A DNA stretch of 64,000 nt, taken from NCBI GenBank assembly GCA_026025075.1, contig JAPEUI010000052.1:1-64000 (forward strand). The letters run 5' to 3'. Position numbers and translations under genes: made by a program. Below are positions 52,923-64,000 of the stretch, piece by piece. How positions within the stretch are numbered: the first letter of the stretch is position 1; each line of letters starts with the position of its first letter. The notes beneath the pieces are model-generated. The model was not told the DNA's origin and did no database searches. It was given only the letters and a program-made list of their open reading frames with translations. Source of the DNA: Vezdaea acicularis. Its lineage: Eukaryota.

Positions 52923-54709
52923 ATGGAGACCTCTAACGAGAAGATCGCGCTGGGAGCGGAAGAGACGAGCGCTCCTCACTCGAAGTCTTCCATCTCCGAG
53001 CGTTCCATCGAGTCCGCCAATGTCGACGGAGCGTTCAAGTACCTCGAGAGCCACAGCACGGCCGTCGCGGATGCGGAGGCTCACCATGCCTACACGAAGG
53101 CCTTGCGCCGGAAGATTGATTTCCGCATCGTGCCCATCATGTTCTGCTGCTATACGATGCAGTTCATCGACAAAGTCCTCATCAACGTAAGTCAATGGGA
53201 ACGGTTCTGCTCAGCTACGGGTGCCCTCCTCAGCGTAAACACCTTGCTAATGGCAATTGCACAGTATGCGGCTGTCATGGGTCTTAACAAGGACCTGAAG
53301 CTGAAGGGCAACAACTTTACGAACGCCGCCACGGCGTTCTTCATCGCGTACCTGATTGCGGAGATTCCCAATGGTACGTTTCTTTGCTCCCACTAACAGA
53401 CTCAAGAGCGCAAACTCTGACACTTCTACAGGCTATGCGATCCAGAGACTGTCTCCGAGCAAGTGGCTCGGTGGGAACGTCGTCCTGTGGGGCATCGCAA
53501 CAGCATGTACGGCTGCGACCCACAACTACCACTCGCTCCTCGCTGCGCGCATCTTCCTCGGCATCTTCGAGGCTTCCATCGCGCCCTCCCTCATGATCAT
53601 CTCGAGCAACTGGTACACCAGGCAGGAACAAGCTCCCCGCTTCAGCCTGTGGTACTGCGGTCTGGGACTGGGCCAGATCATCGGCGGTGTCATCTCGTGG
53701 GCCTTTCAGCACGTCAGCCCACACGCGCACTACGCGGGGTGGAGGATCATGTTCATCGTGCTCGGCCTGGTCACCGTCGTCATCGGCCTCACCACGATCC
53801 TGGTTCTCCCGGACAACCCTATGGTGGCCCGGTGGCTGAGCGAGGAGCAGAAGGTCGCTGTCATCAAGCACGTCTCCCTCAACCAGACCGGCATGAAGAA
53901 CATCCACTTTAAGTTCTCGCACGTCCTCGAGATCCTCATGGACCCCCAAATCTGGCTGCTGACCATCATCACCATGCTGGTAAGTCCTGCACCCCATCTC
54001 CCTCTGATCCACGCACATGCTCCCCCTCTCCACCCGTACACATCCATCTAACACATCCGCCTAGATCTCCGTCTCCAGCGGCGTCGTGACAACCTACAGC
54101 GCGACCCTCATCAAAGGCTTCGGCTACACCTCCCCGCACGCCGCCCTGCTCAACACGCCCTCCGGCGCCGTCAGCATCCTCTCCACCCTCCTCGTCGGCT
54201 ACGGCATCCGGTACACCTCGCACCGCTGGGCCTGGCTCGTGGGGTGCTGCATCCCCTCCATCATCGGCGGGGGCCTCATGTCCTTCCTGCCCGCGCGCGG
54301 CCACCGCGCCGGCCTCCTCGCCGGCATCTACCTCGTCAACTGCGTCGTCGCCACCCTCGTCATCCTCTACCAATGGACCGCCGCCAACTGCGCCGGCCAG
54401 ACCAAGCGCGTCGTCGCCTCCGCCCTCGTCTCCGCCGCTTTCAGCGTCGGCAATATTATCGGCCCCCAGACTTTCCAGGCCCGTGATGCGCCCAATTATC
54501 GGCCGGCGAAGATCGCCGTGCTGGCGACGCAGGCGGCTGGTGCGTTTGTGACGGTGGTTCTGTTTTTGTATTATGTCTGGGCGAATAAGAGGAGGGATCG
54601 CGCGGGCGATGCGGGCAGGACCGGTGAGCAGATTGAAGGGCAGGATGAGAGGAGACAGTGGGCCAATCTCACGGACAAGGAGAATGTCACCTTCCGCTAC
54701 GTCTATTGA
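52923..54709 (+). CDS. MFS transporter, Dal5/allantoate-permease (ACS) family, three introns
   Basis: ALRRKIDFRIVP...QFIDK, ARIFLGIFEASIAP, WYTRQEQAPR, LPDNP..ARWLS, GNIIGPQTFQARDAPNY, NLTDKENVTFRYVY. Confidence 0.92.
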
Positions 54710-55515
54710 GCTTGTCGTTTGCGTGCTTCTGTAGCTAGTTCGGGTGGCTGGAGAGAGAGTCTCTCCTTGCTTGTTTTTAACGGGGGGTTGGTTCTGACTG
54801 GGCTGGCCGGACTGGACTGGACTAAACTCTGCTCGCCGTAGCAATAACCTCATACCTCATAACCACCTACGCTGCTAGTGCCGAGGTGCTTTTCAATCAT
54901 CGAAAGAAATATACTATACTTCCCTCATCCTCTCTTCTCCCCTTTCCCCGCGCTCTCTGGAAATCAGCGTTTGTCCGTCCCAACAATCCTAGCCCATAAC
55001 ACCCGCGGACGTACACACGCATCTCTCTCTTCTTACGCGCCGAAGGGAGCTCCCTCTTTCTCGAGACCGCTGGATGCTTATCCGTGCAATATAATACGAT
55101 GATATGCTATGTGAGGAGTCATTCGCAACCCCTCGAAGGAAGCCGAACTCCTGTATCATGCTGGTGGCGCATCGGCGTGGATGGGTGGTGTGCCGGTGGT
55201 GGGACGGTGTGGTGCGCTGCTGGGCACACTATGCTGATCCCGAGCGGATTCGGGTGGGGCGCCCGGCCGCGCGGGAAATGGGGCCCTTGCATGCATCTTC
55301 GCTCCATGCGCGCCGTCCTATCGTGGGCGTGTGGTGTGGGTGGGCGGGCCAGGGCGGGGCGAGGGTAGGGTAGATGTATAAGTGAAGCCCGTGCTCTTGC
55401 TTTTCGGAGGGCTTGTTGATCACGGAGTCCTACCACTGAAGTCTTCGCTCAATTGGTGTGTCTATGAGTGAGCGAGTGAGTGAGTAAGCTGCGGGACAGG
55501 TAGGTAAGGTTGGAT

Positions 55516-57323
55516 ATGGCGTCGACGCCTACAGACATCAATGGCCTCCACCACGACAGCCCCACCGACGAGCACACCTCCCCCTCCCCATCTCAGTCAC
55601 CACCCCACCACCAACCCCCCCACATCCTCATAATCGGCGCCGGCATCACCGGCCTCACCCTCGCCCAATCCCTTCTCAAACAAGGCATCCCCTTCACAAT
55701 CTACGAGCGGGACCCCACCCCCACCTTCCGCGGCGCCGGATGGGGCCTAACCCTTCACTGGGCGCTCCCAACCTTCGAATCGCTACTTCCATCCCACCTG
55801 GTAGAGCGGCTCGAAGAAACATTTGTGGATCCCGAGGCGAGTCGGAGGGGGGATGGACGGTTCTTGTTTATCGAGATGGGGAGTGGGGAGGTGAGGTGGA
55901 GTACGCCCCCGAATAGACGCATACGTGTTAGGAGAGAGGCGTTGAGGGGGTTGTTGATGGAGGGGGTGGATGTTCAGGTTCGTGCAGTGCTTCTCTCTCT
56001 GTGATCATTCTTCTCGTATGCGCTCGGTGAAAGCGGTAGAGCTGATCATCTACCCCGCGGAGGGGAAAACAGTGGAACAAAGCCCTCACAACCCTGACCA
56101 CCTGCCCCAACTCGGGGAGCGTAACAGCCACATTCGCCGACAACAGCACAGCCACCGGAACCCTCCTCATCGGATGCGACGGGGCGCGCTCGCGCGTCCG
56201 CGCCCTCCTCTGCCCCGGCGCGTCCGAGAACAAACCTCTCCCCGTCCGGCTCATCGGGGCGCGCACTCGCATCCCAGCGGAGAAGGCGGAGGATTTGCGC
56301 GCGATAGATCCCTTCTTGTTCCAGGGGAGTGATGAGAGGACGGATGTGTTTCAGTATTTCAGCTGTACGTCTTTGTCTCCCCCTCCCTTCCCTACTCCCC
56401 TTTCCCCCATTTTCACACTCCCCCCACCCATTAACCCCATAACCACAGTCCTCGACACACCCCAAACCAACACCTCCCACTCCACTCCCTCGCCGTACTA
56501 CACCGCGCAACTAACCCTCTCCTACCCCCACCGGCCCTCCTTCCTCCGCCGCGGCGCCCCCACTGAACTCCCTGCCTCCCCAGCCGCACAGATCGACCTC
56601 ATGAAAGAACTGACGCGCGACTGGGCCGAGCCCTTTCGGCGCGTGTATCAAGATCTCCACCCAGAAACAACGGAGGTCAAAGCGTTGAAACTGGCGGATT
56701 GGATACCACCGAAGACGGGGTGGGGGAATGGGGGGGGGTTGGAGGGGGTGACGCTGGTGGGGGATGCGGCGCATGCGATGACGATGTGTATGTTGTGGCT
56801 TTTTTTTCTGGTTGTTGCTTTCTCCCCCCCCCCCTCTCGCCCCCTCCCTCTCTCTGTCTCTGTCTCTGTCTCTGTGCCCCTGCATCCCCCATCCAGCCGA
56901 ACATATCCCGCTAACCAACTCCACTCTCGAACTATAGACCGCGGCGAAGCGTGTAACCACGGCATCGAAGACGTATCCGAACTCCTCTCGCACCTCCTTC
57001 CTGTCCTCACTTCCTCCCCCTTTTCCCCCTCCCCATCCCAGCCCTCTCCCCCACAAACTCAAACCCCCTCCCAGCCTTCCTCCTCCCTTCCCACCCCTCC
57101 CAAATCACCTAATCGCCCCCCACCCATCAATAAAGCCATAAAAGCGGCTCTCCGCGCCTACGAAACCTCCATGCTTCCACGCGCGCGCAATGCGGTGCTG
57201 GCCTCTAGACGGGCGTGTTTGGATGCGCATGAGTTCGGGAGGATAGGCGAGGGGAGTCCGTTGATTGGGCGGCGGGTTATGATTTTTGAGGAGGAGGGTG
57301 GGGAGGATGGGGAGGGTGATTAG
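55516..57323 (+). CDS. FAD-dependent monooxygenase (class A flavoprotein hydroxylase), three introns
   Basis: ILIIGAGITGLTLAQ Rossmann motif, LLIGCDGARSRVR DG motif, VTLVGDAAHAMTM|YRGEACNHGIED GD motif; TATAAG near 55377. Confidence 0.88.
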
Positions 57324-57438
57324 GTGGAGGGGGAGGGGAGGAGGGGGGAGGGGTAAGTTTGAAGTGGAGAGGGATTGATGGATGGAGAGATGGATGGATA
57401 GATAGACTACCTAGCTAAATACCCACGGTCTAACCAGG

Positions 57439-59084
57439 TTACAGCTCCTCATGCCCTCCCCGCTCCTCCTCCTCGCCCTTCCCCCCATCCCCATCCCCAT
57501 CCTCCTCTCCATCCTCCTCCCACCCCTTAACCACCTCCCCAAACCCCCCCGGCAACTCCCCTCTCCCCTCCCCAGCCACAACCCCACCAACCCACTCCCC
57601 CAGCCCACCCCCCCAAGGCCCCGCATACCTCCCCCACCAGCCCCTCCTAACATTCAGCACCACAAACTCCTCTTCTTCCTCCCCTCTGAGCTGCAATGCC
57701 TGTCTTAGTCGTCCGGCCAAGGGATTGGAAGCCGGGACCGCGTAGAGAGGGATGCGGATCCGGGGGCTGGATTGGAGGGAGGAGAGGGAGAGGAGGAGGT
57801 GGAGGGTTTGGTTTGTTGGGGGTACGTCTGTGGAAGGTTCAGAGGTGGAGGGAGGGAAGGGGAGGAGAGCGAGGCCGCAGGGGGAGGAGGAGGGGAGGAG
57901 ACAGGTAGTTAGTAGGAGGGGAGCCGTGGAGAGGGTGGTTATGTTGTGGTTGGTTGTTTGGCGGGGGGCGCTGGATGGGGTTTCCGCGGGGTGGGTAGAG
58001 GTAGATGTGGAGGAGGGATCGTCCAAGGACGAGGCTTCTTCGAAGATGTGCTGGGCGGAGTCTGCGTTCGGGGGTGTTGCCTCTTCTTTAGGCGGTTTAG
58101 ATGCTTTCGCGGTTTTCTTTGCGTCCTTCGCCGGTTTCTTCACCGGTTTCTTGCCCTCAGCGGCCTCAGCATTCGGAGGGGCAACACTGGAGAGAAAGGC
58201 CACTATATCCTCCTTCTTCATCGGGCCCTCATACACCACCGGCTTAGCATCGATACCCGGGAGCAGCACCAGCGTCGGGAAGGACGTGATCTTGAATGTA
58301 TCCACGACAGCCTTCTGCGAGCTTCTAATCTGCGCGAGGGCGATCTTGCCCAGAAAGTCAATCGCGACGGCTTTGAGCAAAGGACTCGTCGTGCCTTTAT
58401 CGGAGAAGAGAAGGGCTTTTGGCTTGGGCTCGCCCGTGACGAGCCATTCGGGGAGGTTCTCGTCGGAAAGGCGTTGGACGTGGTTAGGCATCTTGTCGAG
58501 GACGGCGGAGACGATGGCCTTAGTGGTGCGCGCGCCGTTGTAGTCTTCTACGAGAGGTCGTCCGGGCTTCTTACCGGGCTTGATGATCTTGAGGGTGGGA
58601 AAGCCTTGGACGCCCATTTTGCCGCAGAGGGGCTTGTTGGCCTCGTCGTCGCAGTTGAGGGCGGCTACCTGGGCGAGGCCTTGCAGGTTCTTGGCCGCTT
58701 TCTCGTAGGCGGGTTTGAGGTTCTTGCAGTGGCCGCACCAGGGAGCGTAGAATCTAGATTAAGAAGGAGAAAGGCAGGGTGAGTAAAGAGGTGTGTAGAC
58801 TCAGGTGGTTACCGGGGTTCTATTTTGCTTACTCGACGATCTGAGCGGGAAAAGGGTAGGATTATTAGCCTCATGTTCACTTCTCGAGGGGGGTCTCACA
58901 CGCGCGCGGCGCTCACAGATGTGTAGTTCGACTGTGCGATCAGCTTGTCGTATGTTCTGCCCGTCACCTGCACGACGGGCGAGTTCTTCGAATACATAGC
59001 CTGGGCTTGCGCGCCGAACGGGAGGGCGGCGAGCAGGAGCGCTGCTGCTGCGGCGGTGGAGACGACGGCCGACGCGTGGACCAT
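57439..59084 (-). CDS. ER protein disulfide isomerase-related protein (Mpd1/PrpA/PDIA6-like) with an 8-nt micro-exon
   Basis: Signal peptide; spliced SNYTS|IVE|FYAPWCGHC; GVQGFPTLKI; C-terminal HEEL. Confidence 0.9.
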
Positions 59085-59791
59085 GATGGCAGCAATCTCA
59101 GTAGCGACGAAATGATTGAGTGGTAGAATCGAGAAGATCAAAGACAAAGGAAAGAAAGCAGGAGAAGCAACTGCTGGGAGCTCGCAGTCCGGTGGGAAAG
59201 CATGCGCGGGTCTGTCGTCGTCGGTCGATTTAGAGTGCGAGATTTGCCATGCTGAGGCCACCGTGACATTTCTGGGGCGCTGGGCCCGTTGGTCAAGCGA
59301 AATGCGGGGCTTAGTGTGCTGGCAGGGGTTCTCTAGCGGGCCCTGGTACCTGAAATACGAAGCCCCAATCAGAAAGCTTATCGACATATCCCGGTCGACA
59401 ATGGGTGAGACGCAAACTGCTTGCCCCCGGGTAATCATCTCGAGGCTTCAAGTAGTAATCACGTACATCACTTTCTACATTTCTTTATGCAAACTACCTC
59501 GAGCCTTCTCAAACCACATGCGCCGTTCCACTCTTCACGAAGCGGGTAGGACGCCAACCCTCGTCGATGCGCCATTTTGCGATCTCTGGAAAAGAGTACA
59601 ACGGCGTCCTCAGCTCTACCGCTCAATCCGTCGCAGAAATTTTGTACTAGGTCCAGCCCCAACACAGACGCCATGTGGAGGGACGAACAAGGGCCGTATG
59701 TTCACATATATGCTGCAGCCCTGTCACATCTCCATCACACTTTCCATGAGCACATTCGTCACATCCCAACCCATGTTTTTTTTCCGTAATC

Positions 59792-61144
59792 ATGCATCAT
59801 TTGCCGATAGTGCCTATGGTCCAACTTGCATTGATTTTGCTCCCCTTCGTCCGTCCAGCAGTCGCCAGGCCAGATGGCTATCATAGCCGGAACGATGAGG
59901 CGATCACTTGCTTTGGCCCTCTTCCTGTGCAGGGGACCGATCGTCCGCAGAGCTACAACGCAAACATCCACATCGACGGAGGTTATCCACCCCTGACGGG
60001 CCTCTGCGGGATCCACAGCCGATCGTACACCCAGACGGCCGGACTCTATTGCGATTTCGAGACGCGAGATCTCGTCTCTTCTAGCGAGGGCCTGTACTCC
60101 ACCGTCCAGGACGTGCCCTACGAATACTGCAGGAAACGATGCCTCTGCCGTAGCGATTTGGACAATCTGCGTAGATTCTCCAGTCATTCGCATACGGACC
60201 TTGTCCAGCTGGAGAACTGGTGGTGGGACTATGGTATTACCCCTAAACATCGCCGGCTGATAGAAAACATGCGAAATTTCCTTCGAGCGGTTGACGCCAA
60301 TGACCCTTCTTCGACCGAGCAACATGACGCATTGCTTGATGACCTTATATCGCAGAGTTACAGCATGCAAGGTTTCCCACGTAAGCAACCAAAAGGACGT
60401 CGGCGTCTCCGGCGGAGCGATAGCTCTTCGCAGGAGGATTTTCTGTTCGCAGGTGAGTGGTCGAGTGGCTCCACACCATGCTGAAGCGAGTGATTCCCCA
60501 GCAACTTCCTTTGCTCTACAATAACGCTGACAGATGTACTAGACGAATCGCTTGACGACGATCCGGCATATACGCCCCCTACACTCGAGAATTCCGGAAA
60601 GCTCGAGAGTCCCGACAGTCTCGACAACCTCGACATCGGGCTCTATAAAGACTGGAGTCTCTTTGCGGACATCGAAATCTCCTGCGTCGGCCCCGTTCCC
60701 GAAATCTTCTCTATTTTCGCTGGGCAATCCCTGAAACAACTCTGCCGCTATCTCGTCGTCTGCGATCCAGTCAGCCACACGCTGAAGGGCGCCCCGAACG
60801 TGGACCTCGAGGACGTCGCCGAAAACTTGGCGCCATACTGTCTCGCCAACTGCGTGTGCGAAAAAAGCATGCTGACCTTTCTAGCGGCGATGCGCAAGAA
60901 TGGAGGCAAGTCCGAGGGGGGTTTCAAGGAATACCTTCAGGAAAATGGCCTTCAAACTGAGCACTGGGCTAGGAATAGAAACGCGAAGAGGAAGAGAAGG
61001 GCCCGAGAGAGTTGTGATTCGGGGTCGTACCGTACTTCGAGGTCTTGCCGCGCCGATCAATTTCGTATCGATGAGGGAAAACGTCCGACCGGTGGGTACA
61101 GTAGTAGAGCGCTGGGGCTGAGCCAGCATGTTCTGTCGGGGTAA
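59792..61144 (+). CDS. Secreted protein with two tandem six-Cys domains, one intron (60453 to 60533 or 60542)
   Basis: Signal peptide MVQLALILLPFVRPAVA; domain 1 ITCFGPLP...LTGLC...LYCD...YCRKRCLC; after GTGAGT...AG splicing, in-frame domain 2 ISCVGPVP...LKQLC...VCDP...YCLANCVC. Confidence 0.72.
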
Positions 61145-61359
61145 GATGACCCTCATTGTTTCATATATAGCATATAGCCATCTAGAATTCGAATTAGAAT
61201 ATGAGTAGCCATTTGTGACCCGGAGCTCACGGTAGCTCATCTTCACCCTCAATCTTATGATGACTGCGTTGCATGCGGGGTCGGCGACGCATGCTCTGTA
61301 ATAATCAAGGGGCGCCATAAATCGAAATGTCCCCGACCGTATCCAGTTGTATGTGCAAT

Positions 61360-62615
61360 TCATGTCTTCCTTCTTCGGCAAAGCGCTGCTACAACTGAGA
61401 TGTCATCTAACTTGCCTATGGTGCATTAGCCTGGATCGCCACGCCAACTCCCAGCGCGTACGTACCTCCCTCCATCGCGAGGCCCTCGTCAATTGCCCTC
61501 TCCATGAACGGGCTTTCCGCAAAGGGATCGGTAGCCACATCCCTCGCTGCGATCATCACCTCCGATGCAACAAAATGCATGCCTCCACCAGCTCCATGCG
61601 CCCTTTTGTTTTCACTATCCGCTCCATCACCGTTCTCCCATTTTTTGATGCTGTCAATCACGTTCTGCACAACCTCATGCTCCCAGAGATTATCGACGAC
61701 CCCATCGGACATGGCCAGGACGACGTCATTCTCTTGAATCTCGAACTTGTCCGTCACCGCGTTCGCGAGGGGTGTGTCCGGACTGTTCGTGCCGAGTTGT
61801 CGAGGGCAATCGAACCAATGCCATTGCTCGGCGGTCCTGTAGATGGGTTCGATTTGCGAAGGGCGGACGACTAAAACCTTGGAGTCGCCCAGGTTTGTGA
61901 CGTACAACAGTGGTCGAGGATTTGGCTTTGTATCCGTGAAATGAAGCAGTGCGCCACAGGCAGTAGTTGTGCCTTGGAGCGAGACGGGTGGTGCTGTTGC
62001 ATCGACGGTCTTTTCATATGCGCGTTGGAGATACGCCGTAGGGTCGGGGCTGGCATCTTCGCCGGTTTTGTTGAGCAGAGCCCGCTCTGCCTCGAGAGCC
62101 CAGAAGTGCAGTATCAGTCGCGACCACAAGCTGCATGAATGGTCAGTTGTATTCCGACGACGATGATCGTTCGGGCGGGCATACGCTGCATGTCCCTTCG
62201 GCTTGCTAGACCACTGCCCCACTCCATCGTTGGCCCCGATGAAATTCTCTCCCGCCAACACGGCGTCGTCTCCGTTGGTCAGCCCACGGATGACTTCTCC
62301 ATTGACGTGGGGCCGTCGGTCCCTGCTCCGATGATGCGTGCTCAATGGATCCGAAAAGGAGCCGGACGGCGGCGAGAGAAAGGGGGGAGGGAAGGGTCGC
62401 GAGGGGCGCTTGGCGAAGAGGGCGTAGCCCGTCTCGAAGTAGAACGGGGTCTTGGAAAGCTTTGCGTCGAGGATGGCATCTTCGGGCTCGGCTTCGATCG
62501 CATAGGCGGTTGCGGATCCCGATGACGAGTGTCTTGAAAAAGGAAGCACCCTCGGGCCAAGGATGGCGCCTCGGAAGGTGTGCAACGCTCGAAGGCTTGT
62601 GGCCTGACCATGCAT
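61360..62615 (-). CDS. PTC7: PP2C-family phosphatase PTC7, two introns
   Basis: TNGDDA, GANDGVGQW, GTTTAC, NLGDS, EQWHWFDCPRQLGTNSPD, SDGVVDNL, ESPFMERA..EG...GG|KLDDISVV. Confidence 0.9.
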
Positions 62616-63800
62616 GCCAGCTTTATCCCCTCGGCGAGCCCAGGCTTTCGACTTGGTCGCGGGTTGAGAGACGGGGACGGAGGAGGGCGACGGTCCGAAT
62701 CGTCTCGTGGAGGGCGAGAGTCCAGCAGGTCGGACGTGCGTCCGAGGCTCAAGGCCGCAAGCCCCCCCGCAGAATCGCGAAATCTTTAGCCCCAAAGTCA
62801 ATTCGCTGCGGCGAGCAACGCACGTGATGTTACATCACTGCCCAGGTGAGCTTTCCCGCCGCACCGCTGCCTCTGGCCCGAATTCTACCTTTACGTCATC
62901 AACCTTAATTTGTTGACCGACAAAATCCAATTTGAAAGCGGACCGAATGGGTCCGGATGGAGTGCCCGCGAGCCCATCGTCGGCCAATGCCAAGGTGGAG
63001 TTCGTGGTTCATATTTGTTGTCGACGCGCCGGAAGTGGAAACGACCTTGAGCCAGCATTCCCAAAGGGACGAGCAGCCAGATCGATTGGGGCGACGTGGA
63101 CTTGGGACGTCAATTGGGACCTTCGGGGCTTCCGTGGAGAGGGTCCAGCAACTCCGAAGTTGTTCGTGGTACGCCACATGTACCAAGTCGGACGCGGTGG
63201 CGCCCGTTATGCTCACGGTCAAGCAAGATGCACTGTCTCCTGCTGCTGGCGGTTTGCCGCATTCCCCTGCGTTTTGCCTTGTGGCGGTCGAGCAGAATGC
63301 TGACGTTCCCGACCGGCCACCGCACGCCTCCTTCCTTGATGCGGGCCACCTCCGTCTCACGATCTTCGCGGGACAAGGTGGTCAAGACGATGGTGATGCG
63401 TACCGTGGCTTGTAGGAGCTCTGTTGCTCCTGCTCAAAGCACGGCGGGAACGGTTGAAGCTCCTCCGTCTCCAGCAAGTGAACACGTAGCACGTGCACCA
63501 TACGCTCTTCGAGGAGAGCGATGGTGTCGTGGGTGCGGTGCGTGTGGCTGGGGCAACGTGCCCTTGCTTGCCTTGGCCTGTTTTGCTCTTTCCCTGCTTG
63601 GGTGCACACACGCGCAAGCCCCATGGGGAGGGCGCGGCCCTGAGCTCCTTCCGAGCTGGTTCCTTCGCTGCTGCCGCGGCCGGTCGAGCAGCTCGCTTGA
63701 GCCTTCCGCCCTGGTCCTGCTGGGTCTTGCCTATTCTTGTCTCGTCGTCCTTAGCTTGCCCTGCCCTGGCCTATCTCTCATCGTCCTCTTCGTCATCACC

Positions 63801-63818
63801 CTCTCTCTCTCTCTCTCT
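63801..63818. repeat. (CT)n microsatellite in a pyrimidine-rich stretch, possibly the leader of a gene beyond the window
   Basis: ctctctctctctctctct. Confidence 0.6.
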
Positions 63819-64000
63819 TTCCTCTCGACGCCCTCACCATTCTCCCGCCCGCCTTCCTCCTCTCCCTTCATCTCATCTCACCGTGGTATCCGGACATTCG
63901 TTACGTGGTGGAACGTTCCCTGCTGAAACACTATCGGCCGTCGTTTCGATTAGGCGTGTCGCCGCGCGCGTTTCCCGCTGCGTCCAATCCCGGATCCCGA

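Noticed and set aside
49925..52936. Many overlapping 60-250-aa ORFs
   Set aside because: GC-rich stop-poor DNA, Arg/Pro/Ala-biased translations, no motifs or splice logic
62905..63926. ORFs up to 276 aa at the window end
   Set aside because: No recognisable motifs; they run through CT repeats, so this is more likely promoter or leader sequence

Overview
Gene-dense, intron-containing nuclear DNA from a filamentous ascomycete (Pezizomycotina; GT-AG introns of about 50-90 nt with CTRAC branch points). Housekeeping genes identified by motif recognition only: ORC3, a mitochondrial PPR protein, dynamitin, a CBS-domain protein, a mitochondrial phosphate carrier, RPC40, complex I 49-kDa subunit, a UBE2W-like E2, CaM kinase, alanyl-tRNA synthetase, an RCR-like protein, GPALPP1, VPS8, a PTH11-like membrane protein, a Dal5-like MFS transporter, an FAD monooxygenase, a PDI-family protein and PTC7. 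The most notable material is accessory. (1) Six divergent, intronless Met-Cys microprotein genes at 17.2-31.3 kb share the spacing MC-x8/9-C-x10-C-x8/14-C, and five also end in x13/15-C-x2/4-[CH]. (2) A roughly 9.5-kb orphan island between CaMK and AlaRS holds four of these plus a spliced ISG12/IFI27-like membrane microprotein, a DUF6593-like protein, an 80-bp impala/mimp-like MITE and a secreted Cys-rich protein. (3) A six-Cys secreted domain (IxC[FV]GPxP...LxxLC...C[DN]...YCxxxCxC) occurs three times in two genes 28 kb apart. No databases were searched, so novelty is unverified and exon boundaries are manual.
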